The position numbers and the translations under genes were made by a program. A stretch of 64,000 nt of DNA from an uncultured Candidatus Saccharibacteria bacterium (GTDB lineage: Bacteria; Patescibacteriota; Saccharimonadia; Saccharimonadales; JAGQNJ01), in the NCBI GenBank assembly GCA_964584895.1, contig CAZPAW010000002.1, forward strand, positions 2,748-66,747. The letters are read 5' to 3'. Of the stretch, positions 19,917-29,613 are shown in pieces. The notes beneath the pieces were generated by a model, which searched no databases, had not been told where the DNA came from, and worked only from the letters and a program-made list of their open reading frames with translations. The stretch's first letter is position 1, and each line of letters begins with the position of its first letter.

Positions 19917-21038
19917 ATGCAGCCAGATAATCAAGTTAATAATGATCCTAATAAACCAGTTACTCCGCCCCCGACCTCTGTTCCTGGGGTAGAAAACATA
20001 TCAGGCACTCAGTTACCTCCTAATTTGAAAAAAAGCAGTAAAAAGCCACTTCTGATCATAGGGCTAGTTTTGTTCTTTCTTGCTTTACTAGCTGGTTCTG
20101 CTGCTGCGTACTTTATGGTTTATTTGCCGTCTAAACCAGAGAATGTGCTATTGCAAGCACTGTATAACAGCACTAATTCTTCTGAAGTTAAGAGTGCGAA
20201 GGTTGATGGAACTCTCAAAATATCAGGCAAGGGTGTGCCTCCTAGTTTAGGTGATATTGATTTGACTGCTTCTATGGCTGAGAATGGAGACTCTCAAGCT
20301 ACTATTTCTACTGATTTTGATGGCGTTAGCTTAACTGCAGAATTTCGAGTAATCGGAGAGAGCGACCTTTATTTTAAATTAAACGGCGTGAAGGACCTTG
20401 ATAAAATCCTCAAGAGTTTAAACTTGGATGATGCGGACTCGCGACAGACTATAAGTTTATTTGCACCGATTTTAGAAAAACTTGATGATCAGTGGGTAAA
20501 AACAGACTCAACTTCAGACCAGTTGACTGGTGGGTTGACCGGCAATCTTGATATTCTAAATCTAACAAAAGAAGAAAGTGATAAAGTAGCCGAGATATAT
20601 AAGAATAATCCAGTCTTAGAGATAACAGAAGTATTACCTGAAGAGGAAGTCAACGGCGAGCCTAGCTATCACTACAAAATAGCAATAAATAAAGAAAATT
20701 ATGTAGCATTTTTAACTGAACTAAAAGACGCCAATATAGGCAAGCTTAAAGTAGAACAATCCGATATCGAGTCAGCTAAAGATATGGACACATCTAAGTT
20801 GAATATTGAAGTGTGGATAAATAAAACATCAAAATCTGTCAATCAAATTAAACTATCAGGTTCAGAAGATGATGTAAACATGGAGCTTCGAATAGCGATC
20901 ACTGATGTAAATCAACCAGTAACGGTTGAAGTTCCTGAGGACGCTAAAAGCTTTGAAGAAATATTCAGTGGTTTGCTTGGCACTGGATCAAGCAATCCTA
21001 CCGCGTCACCAGTTTTAACAGCGCCAATAGGTACATAG
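19917..21038 (+). CDS. membrane-anchored hypothetical protein with Pro-rich N-terminus
   Basis: The track starts at GTG 19905, but GGAG at 19907-19910 lies 6 nt before the ATG at 19917, so I prefer 19917. Single TM (LLIIGLVLFFLALLAGSAAAYF). Confidence 0.6.
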   Translation: MQPDNQVNNDPNKPVTPPPTSVPGVENISGTQLPPNLKKSSKKPLLIIGLVLFFLALLAGSAAAYFMVYLPSKPENVLLQALYNSTNSSEVKSAKVDGTLKISGKGVPPSLGDIDLTASMAENGDSQATISTDFDGVSLTAEFRVIGESDLYFKLNGVKDLDKILKSLNLDDADSRQTISLFAPILEKLDDQWVKTDSTSDQLTGGLTGNLDILNLTKEESDKVAEIYKNNPVLEITEVLPEEEVNGEPSYHYKIAINKENYVAFLTELKDANIGKLKVEQSDIESAKDMDTSKLNIEVWINKTSKSVNQIKLSGSEDDVNMELRIAITDVNQPVTVEVPEDAKSFEEIFSGLLGTGSSNPTASPVLTAPIGT

Positions 21039-21072
21039 ATTTGGGATCAACTACAGTCTATACTTAATCTGT

Positions 21073-21828
21073 ATGCAAATAGTAGTAGATGGTTTATTGA
21101 CCACATATCAATCAACAGGAAAAACTGGTTCTAGTATTTTGTTTTTACATGGATGGGCGGACAGTCATAAAACTTTTGAAAAACTTGAGAATAAATTATG
21201 TTTAGGCCATAGAATTATTAGCCTCGATCTGCCAGGATTCGGGCAAACGCAAGCTCCAGACGGTGTTTGGGGTCTTTCCGACTATTGTAGTTATATTGTT
21301 AATTTTTTAGCTAAAATTAATATGCAAAATATAGATGTTATAATCGGTCATTCTAACGGTGGAGCACTTGGGATTAAATTAGTTGGTGATAAATATGTCA
21401 CTCCTAGTAAACTAATATTAATATCCTCAGCAGGTATAAGGGATCGTAATAAGGTAAGAAAGCTTGGTTATAAAGTAGTCGCAAAAACAGGTAAAGTCGC
21501 TACCTTTTGGCTACCGAAATCATCAAAGCAAAAACTACAAAAAAAGCTTTATGGCACTATCGGATCGGATATGTTGGTTACGCCAGAGCTAAAAGAAACG
21601 TTTAAAAAGACAGTATCCGAAGATATCCAATCTGATGCCAGAAAAATCAATATACCAACATTAATCATTTACGGCGACCAAGATAAGGCTACTCCTCCTG
21701 AATTTGGCAATATTTTTCAAAAATTGATATCCGGCTCTGAACTTCACATAGTTGAAGGAGCATCTCATTTCTTGCATCACGAGAAACCGGATGAAGTTGC
21801 TGATTTAATAGAAGGATTTATTGAATGA
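21073..21828 (+). CDS. alpha/beta hydrolase
   Basis: Nucleophile elbow GHSNGG. HG oxyanion motif (LFLHGW). C-terminal His (ASHFLHHEKP). Confidence 0.85.
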   Translation: MQIVVDGLLTTYQSTGKTGSSILFLHGWADSHKTFEKLENKLCLGHRIISLDLPGFGQTQAPDGVWGLSDYCSYIVNFLAKINMQNIDVIIGHSNGGALGIKLVGDKYVTPSKLILISSAGIRDRNKVRKLGYKVVAKTGKVATFWLPKSSKQKLQKKLYGTIGSDMLVTPELKETFKKTVSEDIQSDARKINIPTLIIYGDQDKATPPEFGNIFQKLISGSELHIVEGASHFLHHEKPDEVADLIEGFIE

Positions 21829-23261
21829 AAAAGTTTTTAAGTCGCTATAGTCTTAAATATCCTGTAGCAATTGTCTATATGCTTCAGTCGACAGAATATA
21901 AAGCGCCTGAATATCTTGCATGGCTAAATCGAGTTACTAATTTTAGGCAAGTGATGTACCGCCGTGTACTCGATAAAACAAAAGTCGCTAGATTGTTGTT
22001 GTTAGCGGTTAGAGTTGGAATTGTTGTACAAATTGTTATAGGGCTATTGATCACAGGCTTTGGTATAAGCAGTGTTAATTATGTAATAGCAATGCTTGGT
22101 TTAATAATAATATTAACGTATCCGTTTGTATGGGCGTATTTACTAGTCGTTCCACTACAACTGGGACGTTGGTTTATTATCAACCCTCGTTACCGAAAGC
22201 AGATCAGGCGTTCTGAAAAGATTTTTGCTAGCAGTAAAGCTCATAAAATTGCCGTAGCTGGTAGTTATGGTAAAACAAGCATGAAAGAGCTACTAAAGAC
22301 TGTTTTATCTGAGGGCAAAAAAGTCGCCGCCACACCAGAGAATAAAAATGTTGCAATATCTCATGCTCGCTTTGCCAATAAATTAAAGGGCGACGAAGAA
22401 GTGCTGATTATAGAATTTGGCGAGGAAGAGCCTGGTGATGTTGCGGCGTTTGCAAAGATAACTCACCCGGATATTGGCGTAATAACTGGACTGGCGCCGG
22501 CTCACCTTAACAGTTATGAGACACTAGCCGCCGCTGGAGCTGATATTTTCTCATTAGCAGATTACGTCGGTCCAGATCAAATATTTGTAAATACCGAATC
22601 CGAATCTGTTAATGAATTTATGAAGTCAGAGTTTGTAACGTACAACTCTAAAAATGCTTTAGGTTGGGAAATCTCAAATATAAAGATTGATTTTAGCGGT
22701 ACTAGTTTTGAAATGAAAAAGGGAGATGAAAAAATAGTTATTCATAGTGGCCTGATGGGGCGACATCAAGTAGGACCTTTGGCGTGCGTGGCAGGACTTG
22801 CCCATAAGCTTGGCCTATCCAAAGAACAGATAGAAAAAGGTGTAGGTAAAACAGAAGCCTACGAACACCGTATGCAGCCAAGGCAAATCGCTGGTGCGTG
22901 GGTGATTGACGATACCTATAATGGCAATATCGAGGGCATGAAGGCCGGTCTAAAGCTACTAGAGCAATTACCGGGCAAGCGCAAGATTTATGTTACTCCG
23001 GGGCTTGTTGATCAAGGTGAAGAGAACGAGCGCGTACATCTAGAGCTAGGTCAAGCTATCGCGGCGGCAAAACCTGACAAAGTAGTGCTGATGTATAATT
23101 CGGCGACTAGGTTTATTCAAAACGGTCTTGACGTTGGTAGCTATAAAGGCGATGTCCAGATAGAACACTACCCATTGGATTATTATACTAATCTAGAACA
23201 TATTTTGGCGGCAGGCGATGTAGTATTGATGCAAAACGACTGGACCGACAATTACAGTTAA
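21825..23261 (+). CDS. Mur ligase family protein, MurF-like, with N-terminal transmembrane region
   Basis: P-loop IAVAGSYGKTSMKELL. DDTYNGN motif. The first ~125 aa contain 2-3 hydrophobic helices in place of the usual MurF N-domain. Confidence 0.8.
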   Translation: MKKFLSRYSLKYPVAIVYMLQSTEYKAPEYLAWLNRVTNFRQVMYRRVLDKTKVARLLLLAVRVGIVVQIVIGLLITGFGISSVNYVIAMLGLIIILTYPFVWAYLLVVPLQLGRWFIINPRYRKQIRRSEKIFASSKAHKIAVAGSYGKTSMKELLKTVLSEGKKVAATPENKNVAISHARFANKLKGDEEVLIIEFGEEEPGDVAAFAKITHPDIGVITGLAPAHLNSYETLAAAGADIFSLADYVGPDQIFVNTESESVNEFMKSEFVTYNSKNALGWEISNIKIDFSGTSFEMKKGDEKIVIHSGLMGRHQVGPLACVAGLAHKLGLSKEQIEKGVGKTEAYEHRMQPRQIAGAWVIDDTYNGNIEGMKAGLKLLEQLPGKRKIYVTPGLVDQGEENERVHLELGQAIAAAKPDKVVLMYNSATRFIQNGLDVGSYKGDVQIEHYPLDYYTNLEHILAAGDVVLMQNDWTDNYS

Positions 23262-23296
23262 TAATACAAGTTATTGAGAAATGGTAGAATAATAGT

Positions 23297-24478
23297 ATGA
23301 AAACAGTAGCAGTATTATTTGGAGGTAAATCTACCGAACATGATGTTTCGATTATCACAGCAATAGTCAGCATCATAAAGCCGTTAAAGCTGACAAAAAA
23401 CTACAATGTTGTGCCGGTATATATCACCAAAGATGGATCTTGGTACGCTGACGATAGATTTGCAGACATTGCGACTTATCAATCTGGTGATGTAGAAAAT
23501 CTTCTAAGAAAATTGCCGAAGTTAAAATTACTTTTTGATAATGGGCTAAAGCTAGTAAAGAATGGCAAAAAACTTGGACGTAGTGAAGTAATTAACGTAG
23601 ATGTAGTCTTTACGGCCATGCACGGAACACATGGAGAAGACGGTGAATTAATGGGGCTACTAGAGATGGCTAATGTAGCTTACGTTGGTTGCGATATGCC
23701 CTCGAGTGTTTTGTCGATGGACAAAGTGCTATCAAAGGCGATTGTTTCGGCTGCAAGGATCGACACACCAAAGTTTGTGCATTTTAGGAAATATCAATAC
23801 GAGCAAAATACCGACAAATTTATTAAAAAAGTTAATGAGCACTTAAAGTATCCGCTATTTGTGAAGCCAGCCCATTTAGGATCAAGTATTGGAATCACAA
23901 AAGTTGATAAACCAGAAGATTTGGCTAACGCTATCGAGGTTGCTTTGCATTATGATGACCGAGCACTGGTTGAAGAGGCGGTAAATAATCTAGTTGAAGT
24001 AACATTGCCTATCATGGGAAACGACAATCCAACCCCTGCGTTACTAGAACAGCCTTTAATTGATTCTAAAGATTTTTTTGATTTTGAGAAAAAATATCTT
24101 GGTAACGGGAAAAAAGGCGGTAAAAATCAGCCAGTTGGCGGAGGGGGTAAACAAGGCGCTCAAGGCTACAGCAAAATACCGGCTGACGTATCAAAAGAGC
24201 TTTATGACAAGGCCGTTAGTCTAGCTCTTGATGTATATCAGGTCATTGGATGTAGCGGAATCGCCAGAATCGATATGCTGATTGATAGTAAGGCAAATAA
24301 AGTCTACTTCAATGAGATCAATCCATTGCCTGGTAGTTTGTACGCTCATAACTGGAATAAAGCTGGAGTTTCTAATGTAGAGCTAGTAGATAATCTAGTA
24401 AAACTGGCTGAAGCAAGGTGGCAAGAAAAACAAAAACTCTCTACCGGTTTTGACACGAGTTTTTTAAAGCAGTTTTAA
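23297..24478 (+). CDS. ddl: D-alanine--D-alanine ligase
   Basis: MKTVAVLFGGKSTEHDVSIITA N-terminus. ATP-grasp motifs (PLFVKPAHLGSSIGI, RIDMLID...YFNEINPLPG). Confidence 0.95.
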   Translation: MKTVAVLFGGKSTEHDVSIITAIVSIIKPLKLTKNYNVVPVYITKDGSWYADDRFADIATYQSGDVENLLRKLPKLKLLFDNGLKLVKNGKKLGRSEVINVDVVFTAMHGTHGEDGELMGLLEMANVAYVGCDMPSSVLSMDKVLSKAIVSAARIDTPKFVHFRKYQYEQNTDKFIKKVNEHLKYPLFVKPAHLGSSIGITKVDKPEDLANAIEVALHYDDRALVEEAVNNLVEVTLPIMGNDNPTPALLEQPLIDSKDFFDFEKKYLGNGKKGGKNQPVGGGGKQGAQGYSKIPADVSKELYDKAVSLALDVYQVIGCSGIARIDMLIDSKANKVYFNEINPLPGSLYAHNWNKAGVSNVELVDNLVKLAEARWQEKQKLSTGFDTSFLKQF

Positions 24479-24480
24479 TA

Positions 24481-25413
24481 ATGAGCGAGTTTAAGCTAGA
24501 AACAAGTCAAGTATATTTTCGGGATAAATTTGTAGATTTTGATAAAGCCAATGTCAGCATTGCTAGCTCACCAGTACTATATGGTCTGTCTATCTATACA
24601 GTTTTTGGAGCTAACTGGAACGAGCATGAAGGAAAGTTATATATTTTTAGACTAAGAGATCATTATAAGCGACTTGTTAACTCGGCTAAAATCATGGATT
24701 TTTATGATTTTGAATCAATATGTAGTTATGAAAAGTTTGAAAAAACCATGACTGATTTGTTGAAAAAAAATAGCGTACAACAAGATGTTTTAGTCAGAGT
24801 GACGATTTTTATAGATGAACTAGTCGCTGGTACAAAAATTAACGGTCTAAAAAATAGTTGGTCAGCCTATATTTATCCAATGGGTGAAATTTTGCCAAAA
24901 ACTGGCGCTAATGTCTGTGTATCGAGTTGGGTAAGGGCGGCCGATAATGCGATCCCTGCTAGAGCAAAGGTTAACGGTAATTACGTCAATGCATCACTCA
25001 TGAAGAACGAGGCGCTTCAGAACGGTTACGATGACGCGATTGCCCTGGATGTCAATGGTAACGTTAGTGAAGGTACCGTGGCTAACATATTTATTATTCG
25101 TAATGGATTGTTAATCACACCTCATACATCTAGCGACTTACTTGAAGGGATCACTAGAGAGACAATTATTAGATTAGCAAAACATTTCAAGATAGATATT
25201 GAGTCAAGGTCGGTAAATCGGACAGAGCTGAATATTGCAGATGAAGTATTCTACAGTGGTAGCTCGGCCCAGATTACCCCCATAATCTCTGTTGATAAAA
25301 GAAAGATTGGAAGCGGAAAACCCGGAAAAACTACAGTCGAATTTATGAATTATCTTGATAGTTTACAACGCGGAAACATCCCTGAGTTTAAGCACTGGCT
25401 GACTTTAGTTTAA
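24481..25413 (+). CDS. PLP fold-type IV aminotransferase (branched-chain or D-amino-acid aminotransferase)
   Basis: Catalytic Lys region ARAKVNGNY and EGTVANIFIIRNGLLITP pattern. Starts 2 nt after the ddl stop. Confidence 0.85.
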   Translation: MSEFKLETSQVYFRDKFVDFDKANVSIASSPVLYGLSIYTVFGANWNEHEGKLYIFRLRDHYKRLVNSAKIMDFYDFESICSYEKFEKTMTDLLKKNSVQQDVLVRVTIFIDELVAGTKINGLKNSWSAYIYPMGEILPKTGANVCVSSWVRAADNAIPARAKVNGNYVNASLMKNEALQNGYDDAIALDVNGNVSEGTVANIFIIRNGLLITPHTSSDLLEGITRETIIRLAKHFKIDIESRSVNRTELNIADEVFYSGSSAQITPIISVDKRKIGSGKPGKTTVEFMNYLDSLQRGNIPEFKHWLTLV

Positions 25414-25447
25414 CTCTTGAGTAAATATTGGTTATAATGACCTCTAT

Positions 25448-28336
25448 ATGAGACGATATAACCCAAAAGAATTAGAGCCAAAATGGCAAAAAAAGTGGGA
25501 AGCTGACGGCACATACAAGGCCGATTTAAATAGCAAAAAACCTAAGTATATTGCTATGAGTATGTTTAATTACCCTAGTGGAGCCGGTATTCATATTGGA
25601 CATGCTATGAATTACACAATTCCTGACGTTATGGCCAGATTTAAGCGCCAGCAAGGTTATGAGAGTTACCATCCTGTGGGTTGGGACAGCTTTGGTCTGC
25701 CTGCGGAGAATTATGCTATAAAAGTTGGTGTTTCGCCCCAAGCATCTATGGCGACAATAATTCCTAATTATCACAAACAGTACAAGGCCATGGGCTGGAG
25801 CAATGACTGGAGTAAAGAGATTGCTACTCACGATCCGCTTTATTACAAATGGTCGCAGTGGATTTTTAGCGAAATGTATAGAGATGGATTAGCATATCAA
25901 GACTCTCGTATGCAGTGGTGGTGTGAAAAATGTCAAACGGTGTTAGCTAACGAGCAAGTTATTGATGATAAGTGTTGGCGACATGATTCTGTCGACGATC
26001 CAATTGTAGAAAAAAAAGAAGTCAAACAGTGGTTTTTCAAGATCACTGATTATGCCGACGAACTATTGGAGGCAACGGATGATCTTGATTGGACCGAAAG
26101 CGTCAAGTTGGCTCAAAAAAACTGGATAGGTAAAAGTGCCGGCGCCGAAGTTAAGTTTAAGATCGATGGTAAAAAAATAGATTTAACAGTATTTACCACT
26201 CGGCCCGATACTATGTATGGGGCTACCTTTTTGGTGGTTGCTCCCGAACACGATATTGTTGCCCAAGTGACGACGAAAGAGCAAAAGCCAGCTGTTGATG
26301 CATATGTAAAAGCATCCGCTAAAAAAACTGAGGTTGAGCGTCAAGCTAGTAAGGAAAAGTCAGGCGTGTTCAGCGGCGCCTATGCGATAAATCCAATTAA
26401 TGACGAGAAGATTCCGATTTGGATTGCCGATTATGTATTACTTGGCTATGGAACGGGCGCCATTATGGCTGTGCCGGCTCACGACGAACGAGATTATGAG
26501 TTCGCGCAACAGTATGATTTACCGATTAGACAAGTAATCGTGCCACAATTAATTGACACATCAAACCCGCCACATCCTGATAAGAAAACTGTTGCTCGTA
26601 CCGTTGTCTGTCTGGTTGTTGAGCATCCTTCTGAAAAAAAGTTTCTTATTTGTCATCCAGTTAATGGTGCTAATTGGTCTCCAGTCATGGGCGGTATTGA
26701 TGATAGTGAGTCAATTACTGACGCGGCTAAGCGCGAACTGATCGAAGAAACAGGCTACACAGACGTCGTTATTTGTGAAGCTAAAGAAGCAGAATTCTTT
26801 TCACAATTCTTTGCATCTCATAAAGATGAGAACCGGCTGGCGCGCGTTAAGACTGTTTATGTAAAGCTTGGATCTTTAGAGCAAGACCTTGATAAGGCGA
26901 TAGATATAGATAAACAGGAGCTGAAATGGGTTACAGAGGAAGAGTACCGGGCCGATAAGAGCACAGGTGGAATGCAAGAAGTGTTTGATATAGGGTCTAG
27001 CAAGACGATGCCTCTTGTGTTTGAAGGTCGTATGATTAATTCGGGAGATTACAATGGCGTAGCGTCGGCGGAGGCCAGGGAAAAAGTCATAACTAATCTT
27101 GAGAAAAAGGGCCAAGCAGAGTCAGTTACTAACTATCGTATGCGGGATTGGAGTGTTAGTCGACAGCGTTACTGGGGCGCGCCAATACCAATAATAAATT
27201 GCGAAAAATGTGGGCCAGTACTTGTGCCTGATGAAGATTTGCCAGTCGTACTGCCAGAGCTCAAAGATTTTCAGCCCAGCGGTGATGGCCGAAGTGCTTT
27301 GGCTAGAGCGTCGGATTGGTTGAAAGTTGATTGTCCGCAGTGCGGTGGCCCAGGCGAGAGAGAAACTGACACACTCGATACTTACATTGATAGTAGTTGG
27401 TATATGCTTCGTTATTTTGACCCTAATAATAGAAACAAAATATTTGAAACCAACATTGTAAATAAATGGATGCCGATAGATTTTTATAACGGCGCTGATC
27501 ATGCAACCGCACATTTGTTATACGCTCGATTTGTTACAAGGTTTTTGCACAAGAAGGGACTGGTCAATAATCCAGAGCCATTCAAGAAGTTTTTATTTAA
27601 CGGTAAGGTGACTGCATCGGACGGGCAGATGTTTAGCAAGAGTAAAGGTAATGGCGTAGATCCTCTCGAGATAATCAATCAGGGTTATGGTGCCGACGCG
27701 CTTCGCACCTATTTGATGTTTGCTGCACCACTAGAACTGTGGGCAAAATGGGATCCAAGAGGCGTGCCAGCAACCCATCGATTTTTATCAAGATTATGGA
27801 ATTTGGTCCAAGAGTATTTAGCTAGCCCAGAAAAGGAAGTTAATGATGTCGCAAAATTGCAGATTCTTCGGCTGACCAACAAAATGGTTAAAAAAATGAC
27901 TGAGGATATTGAAGAAAATCGCTACAACACCGCAATAGCTACAGCCATGGGAACGATAAATGAGCTATACAAAATGAAAGTTGATAATCTAGTACAAGAT
28001 AAAACATGGGCAACGGCAATCAGTAACTGTGTGGCTTGCACTGCACCTTTTGCGCCACATATAACTGCCGAATTGTGGCAACAATTAGGTAACAAGACTA
28101 GTGTTCATATCGACAATTGGCCTAGTTGGGATGATAAATATTTGGTTGACGATAATGTTAATATCGTTGTGCAAGTCAATGGTAAGTTGCGGGCTAATAT
28201 CTCTGTACCAGCCGATTCTGATGAAACAACGGCTGTTGAGGTTGCTAAAAAGGATGAAAAAATCCAAAAATACTTAGTCAGTGAACCAAAAAAGATAATT
28301 TTTGTAAAAAATAGATTAATCAACTTTGTAGTATAA
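25448..28336 (+). CDS. leuS: leucine--tRNA ligase carrying an inserted Nudix domain
   Basis: HIGH-type PSGAGIHIGH. CP1 editing motifs TTRPDT and GTGAIMAVPAHDERD. KMSKS-type FSKSKGN. In-frame Nudix box GGIDDSESITDAAKRELIEETGY at 26690-26758. Confidence 0.97.
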   Translation: MRRYNPKELEPKWQKKWEADGTYKADLNSKKPKYIAMSMFNYPSGAGIHIGHAMNYTIPDVMARFKRQQGYESYHPVGWDSFGLPAENYAIKVGVSPQASMATIIPNYHKQYKAMGWSNDWSKEIATHDPLYYKWSQWIFSEMYRDGLAYQDSRMQWWCEKCQTVLANEQVIDDKCWRHDSVDDPIVEKKEVKQWFFKITDYADELLEATDDLDWTESVKLAQKNWIGKSAGAEVKFKIDGKKIDLTVFTTRPDTMYGATFLVVAPEHDIVAQVTTKEQKPAVDAYVKASAKKTEVERQASKEKSGVFSGAYAINPINDEKIPIWIADYVLLGYGTGAIMAVPAHDERDYEFAQQYDLPIRQVIVPQLIDTSNPPHPDKKTVARTVVCLVVEHPSEKKFLICHPVNGANWSPVMGGIDDSESITDAAKRELIEETGYTDVVICEAKEAEFFSQFFASHKDENRLARVKTVYVKLGSLEQDLDKAIDIDKQELKWVTEEEYRADKSTGGMQEVFDIGSSKTMPLVFEGRMINSGDYNGVASAEAREKVITNLEKKGQAESVTNYRMRDWSVSRQRYWGAPIPIINCEKCGPVLVPDEDLPVVLPELKDFQPSGDGRSALARASDWLKVDCPQCGGPGERETDTLDTYIDSSWYMLRYFDPNNRNKIFETNIVNKWMPIDFYNGADHATAHLLYARFVTRFLHKKGLVNNPEPFKKFLFNGKVTASDGQMFSKSKGNGVDPLEIINQGYGADALRTYLMFAAPLELWAKWDPRGVPATHRFLSRLWNLVQEYLASPEKEVNDVAKLQILRLTNKMVKKMTEDIEENRYNTAIATAMGTINELYKMKVDNLVQDKTWATAISNCVACTAPFAPHITAELWQQLGNKTSVHIDNWPSWDDKYLVDDNVNIVVQVNGKLRANISVPADSDETTAVEVAKKDEKIQKYLVSEPKKIIFVKNRLINFVV

Positions 28337-28400
28337 AATCTTGCGACAGAGGTAGTTTTGTGCTAGAGTTAATTCAAGCGCAAAATATTAAGGAGATTCA

Positions 28401-28559
28401 ATGGGAAAACCAAAAAAACGAACTAGCCCAAGACGAACAGGTACTAGACGTAGTCATTTGACATTGAAATTAGCTCGCAAGGTTAATGCTAAGTCTCCGG
28501 TAAAGGTTTACACTACAAAGAGAGAATCTGCTAAAAAAGCAGAATCTAATGCAAAATAG
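28401..28559 (+). CDS. rpmF: 50S ribosomal protein L32 (short form without zinc ribbon)
   Basis: Not in the ORF track (52 aa). MGKPKKRTSPRRTGTRRSHLTLK matches the bL32 N-terminal signature. SD AAGGAG at 28390-28395. Confidence 0.8.
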   Translation: MGKPKKRTSPRRTGTRRSHLTLKLARKVNAKSPVKVYTTKRESAKKAESNAK

Positions 28560-28616
28560 TCGTTTTTTACGCTATAATTGTAGATAGTTACGAATAGAAC
28601 GGAATTTAACAATATT

Positions 28617-29114
28617 ATGAGTGCTAATCGCCACCTAGGAAGAATTGTCATCTTGCAAAGCCTCTTTGAACAAGAGTTTAGGCTCGGCTGTGACGACAAA
28701 AAACTCAACCTAGATGAGGTGATAGAGCGTAATATCAAAAGATATAAAAAAGCGCTCAAAGACACAGAGTTTGTTAAAAAAACGGTTAAGGGTATCGTAA
28801 AAGAACAGTCGAAGTTAGACGAAGTGTTGCAACCACTTGCGCCAGAATGGCCTATAGAGCATATTGCGCGAATGGACAGGCTTATTCTACGAATCGGTGC
28901 CTACGAGCTGCTGTTTAATCAGGATAAAATCCCAGCAAAAGTCGCTATTAACGAGTCAGTAGAGCTGGCAAAAGCTTTTGGCGGAGATAATTCCTCAAAG
29001 TTTATTAACGGCGTACTTGGATCGCTATACCGCGAACATGGTGACGCAGAGCTTAATGACGTAGCAAAAGAAACCACAGATAAGATTAAGAAAGAATCGA
29101 GTAAGGATGAATAG
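28617..29114 (+). CDS. nusB: transcription antitermination factor NusB
   Basis: [13 protein letters not shown]... and [25 protein letters not shown] match the NusB pattern. Confidence 0.9.
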   Translation: MSANRHLGRIVILQSLFEQEFRLGCDDKKLNLDEVIERNIKRYKKALKDTEFVKKTVKGIVKEQSKLDEVLQPLAPEWPIEHIARMDRLILRIGAYELLFNQDKIPAKVAINESVELAKAFGGDNSSKFINGVLGSLYREHGDAELNDVAKETTDKIKKESSKDE

Positions 29115-29604
29115 ACCAAAGCCAATACAAGGGTTTAAACGGTTTGTACACCGTCAACCAGCGATAAAAGAGGTATTAAAAGAGCCTACTGCTGGTGGTG
29201 TCGTATATCGTCATAACCCAAAGTCAAAAAAACCAGAGATTTTGCTTATCCAAGACGCAAAAGATCGCTGGACGATCCCTAAAGGACACATTGAAGAAGG
29301 TGAAAGTGCTAAAGAAACAGCCGAGCGCGAAATCAAGGAAGAAACTGGGCTTAAAAAGGTTAAAGTACTGAATTGGCTGGGTAAAATTAACTTCCAATAT
29401 CGTCGTAAGCAAAGTTTGGTGCTAATGACGACTGATATATTTTTAGTTGAAGCCCAGGGCGATACGGACGATATTACTCCGGAAGAATGGATGAATGGTA
29501 TACAGTGGTTTGGCACTAACGAAGCGCTTGATAAGATTGAGTATGAAGATATTGGCAAGCTAATCTTAGTCAGTCTTAAACAGATTAGGGAAGCAAAAGC
29601 CTAA
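29107..29604 (+). CDS. Nudix hydrolase
   Basis: Nudix box [23 protein letters not shown]. Overlaps the nusB end by 8 nt. Confidence 0.9.
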   Translation: MNRPKPIQGFKRFVHRQPAIKEVLKEPTAGGVVYRHNPKSKKPEILLIQDAKDRWTIPKGHIEEGESAKETAEREIKEETGLKKVKVLNWLGKINFQYRRKQSLVLMTTDIFLVEAQGDTDDITPEEWMNGIQWFGTNEALDKIEYEDIGKLILVSLKQIREAKA

Positions 29605-29613
29605 AAGGAAGTT

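Noticed and set aside
25526-28323. Antisense ORFs inside leuS (25526-25831, 26876-27115, 27122-27514, 28085-28323) and the +2-frame ORF 26553-26741
   Set aside because: They are all nested in a confidently identified long gene. There is no independent support.
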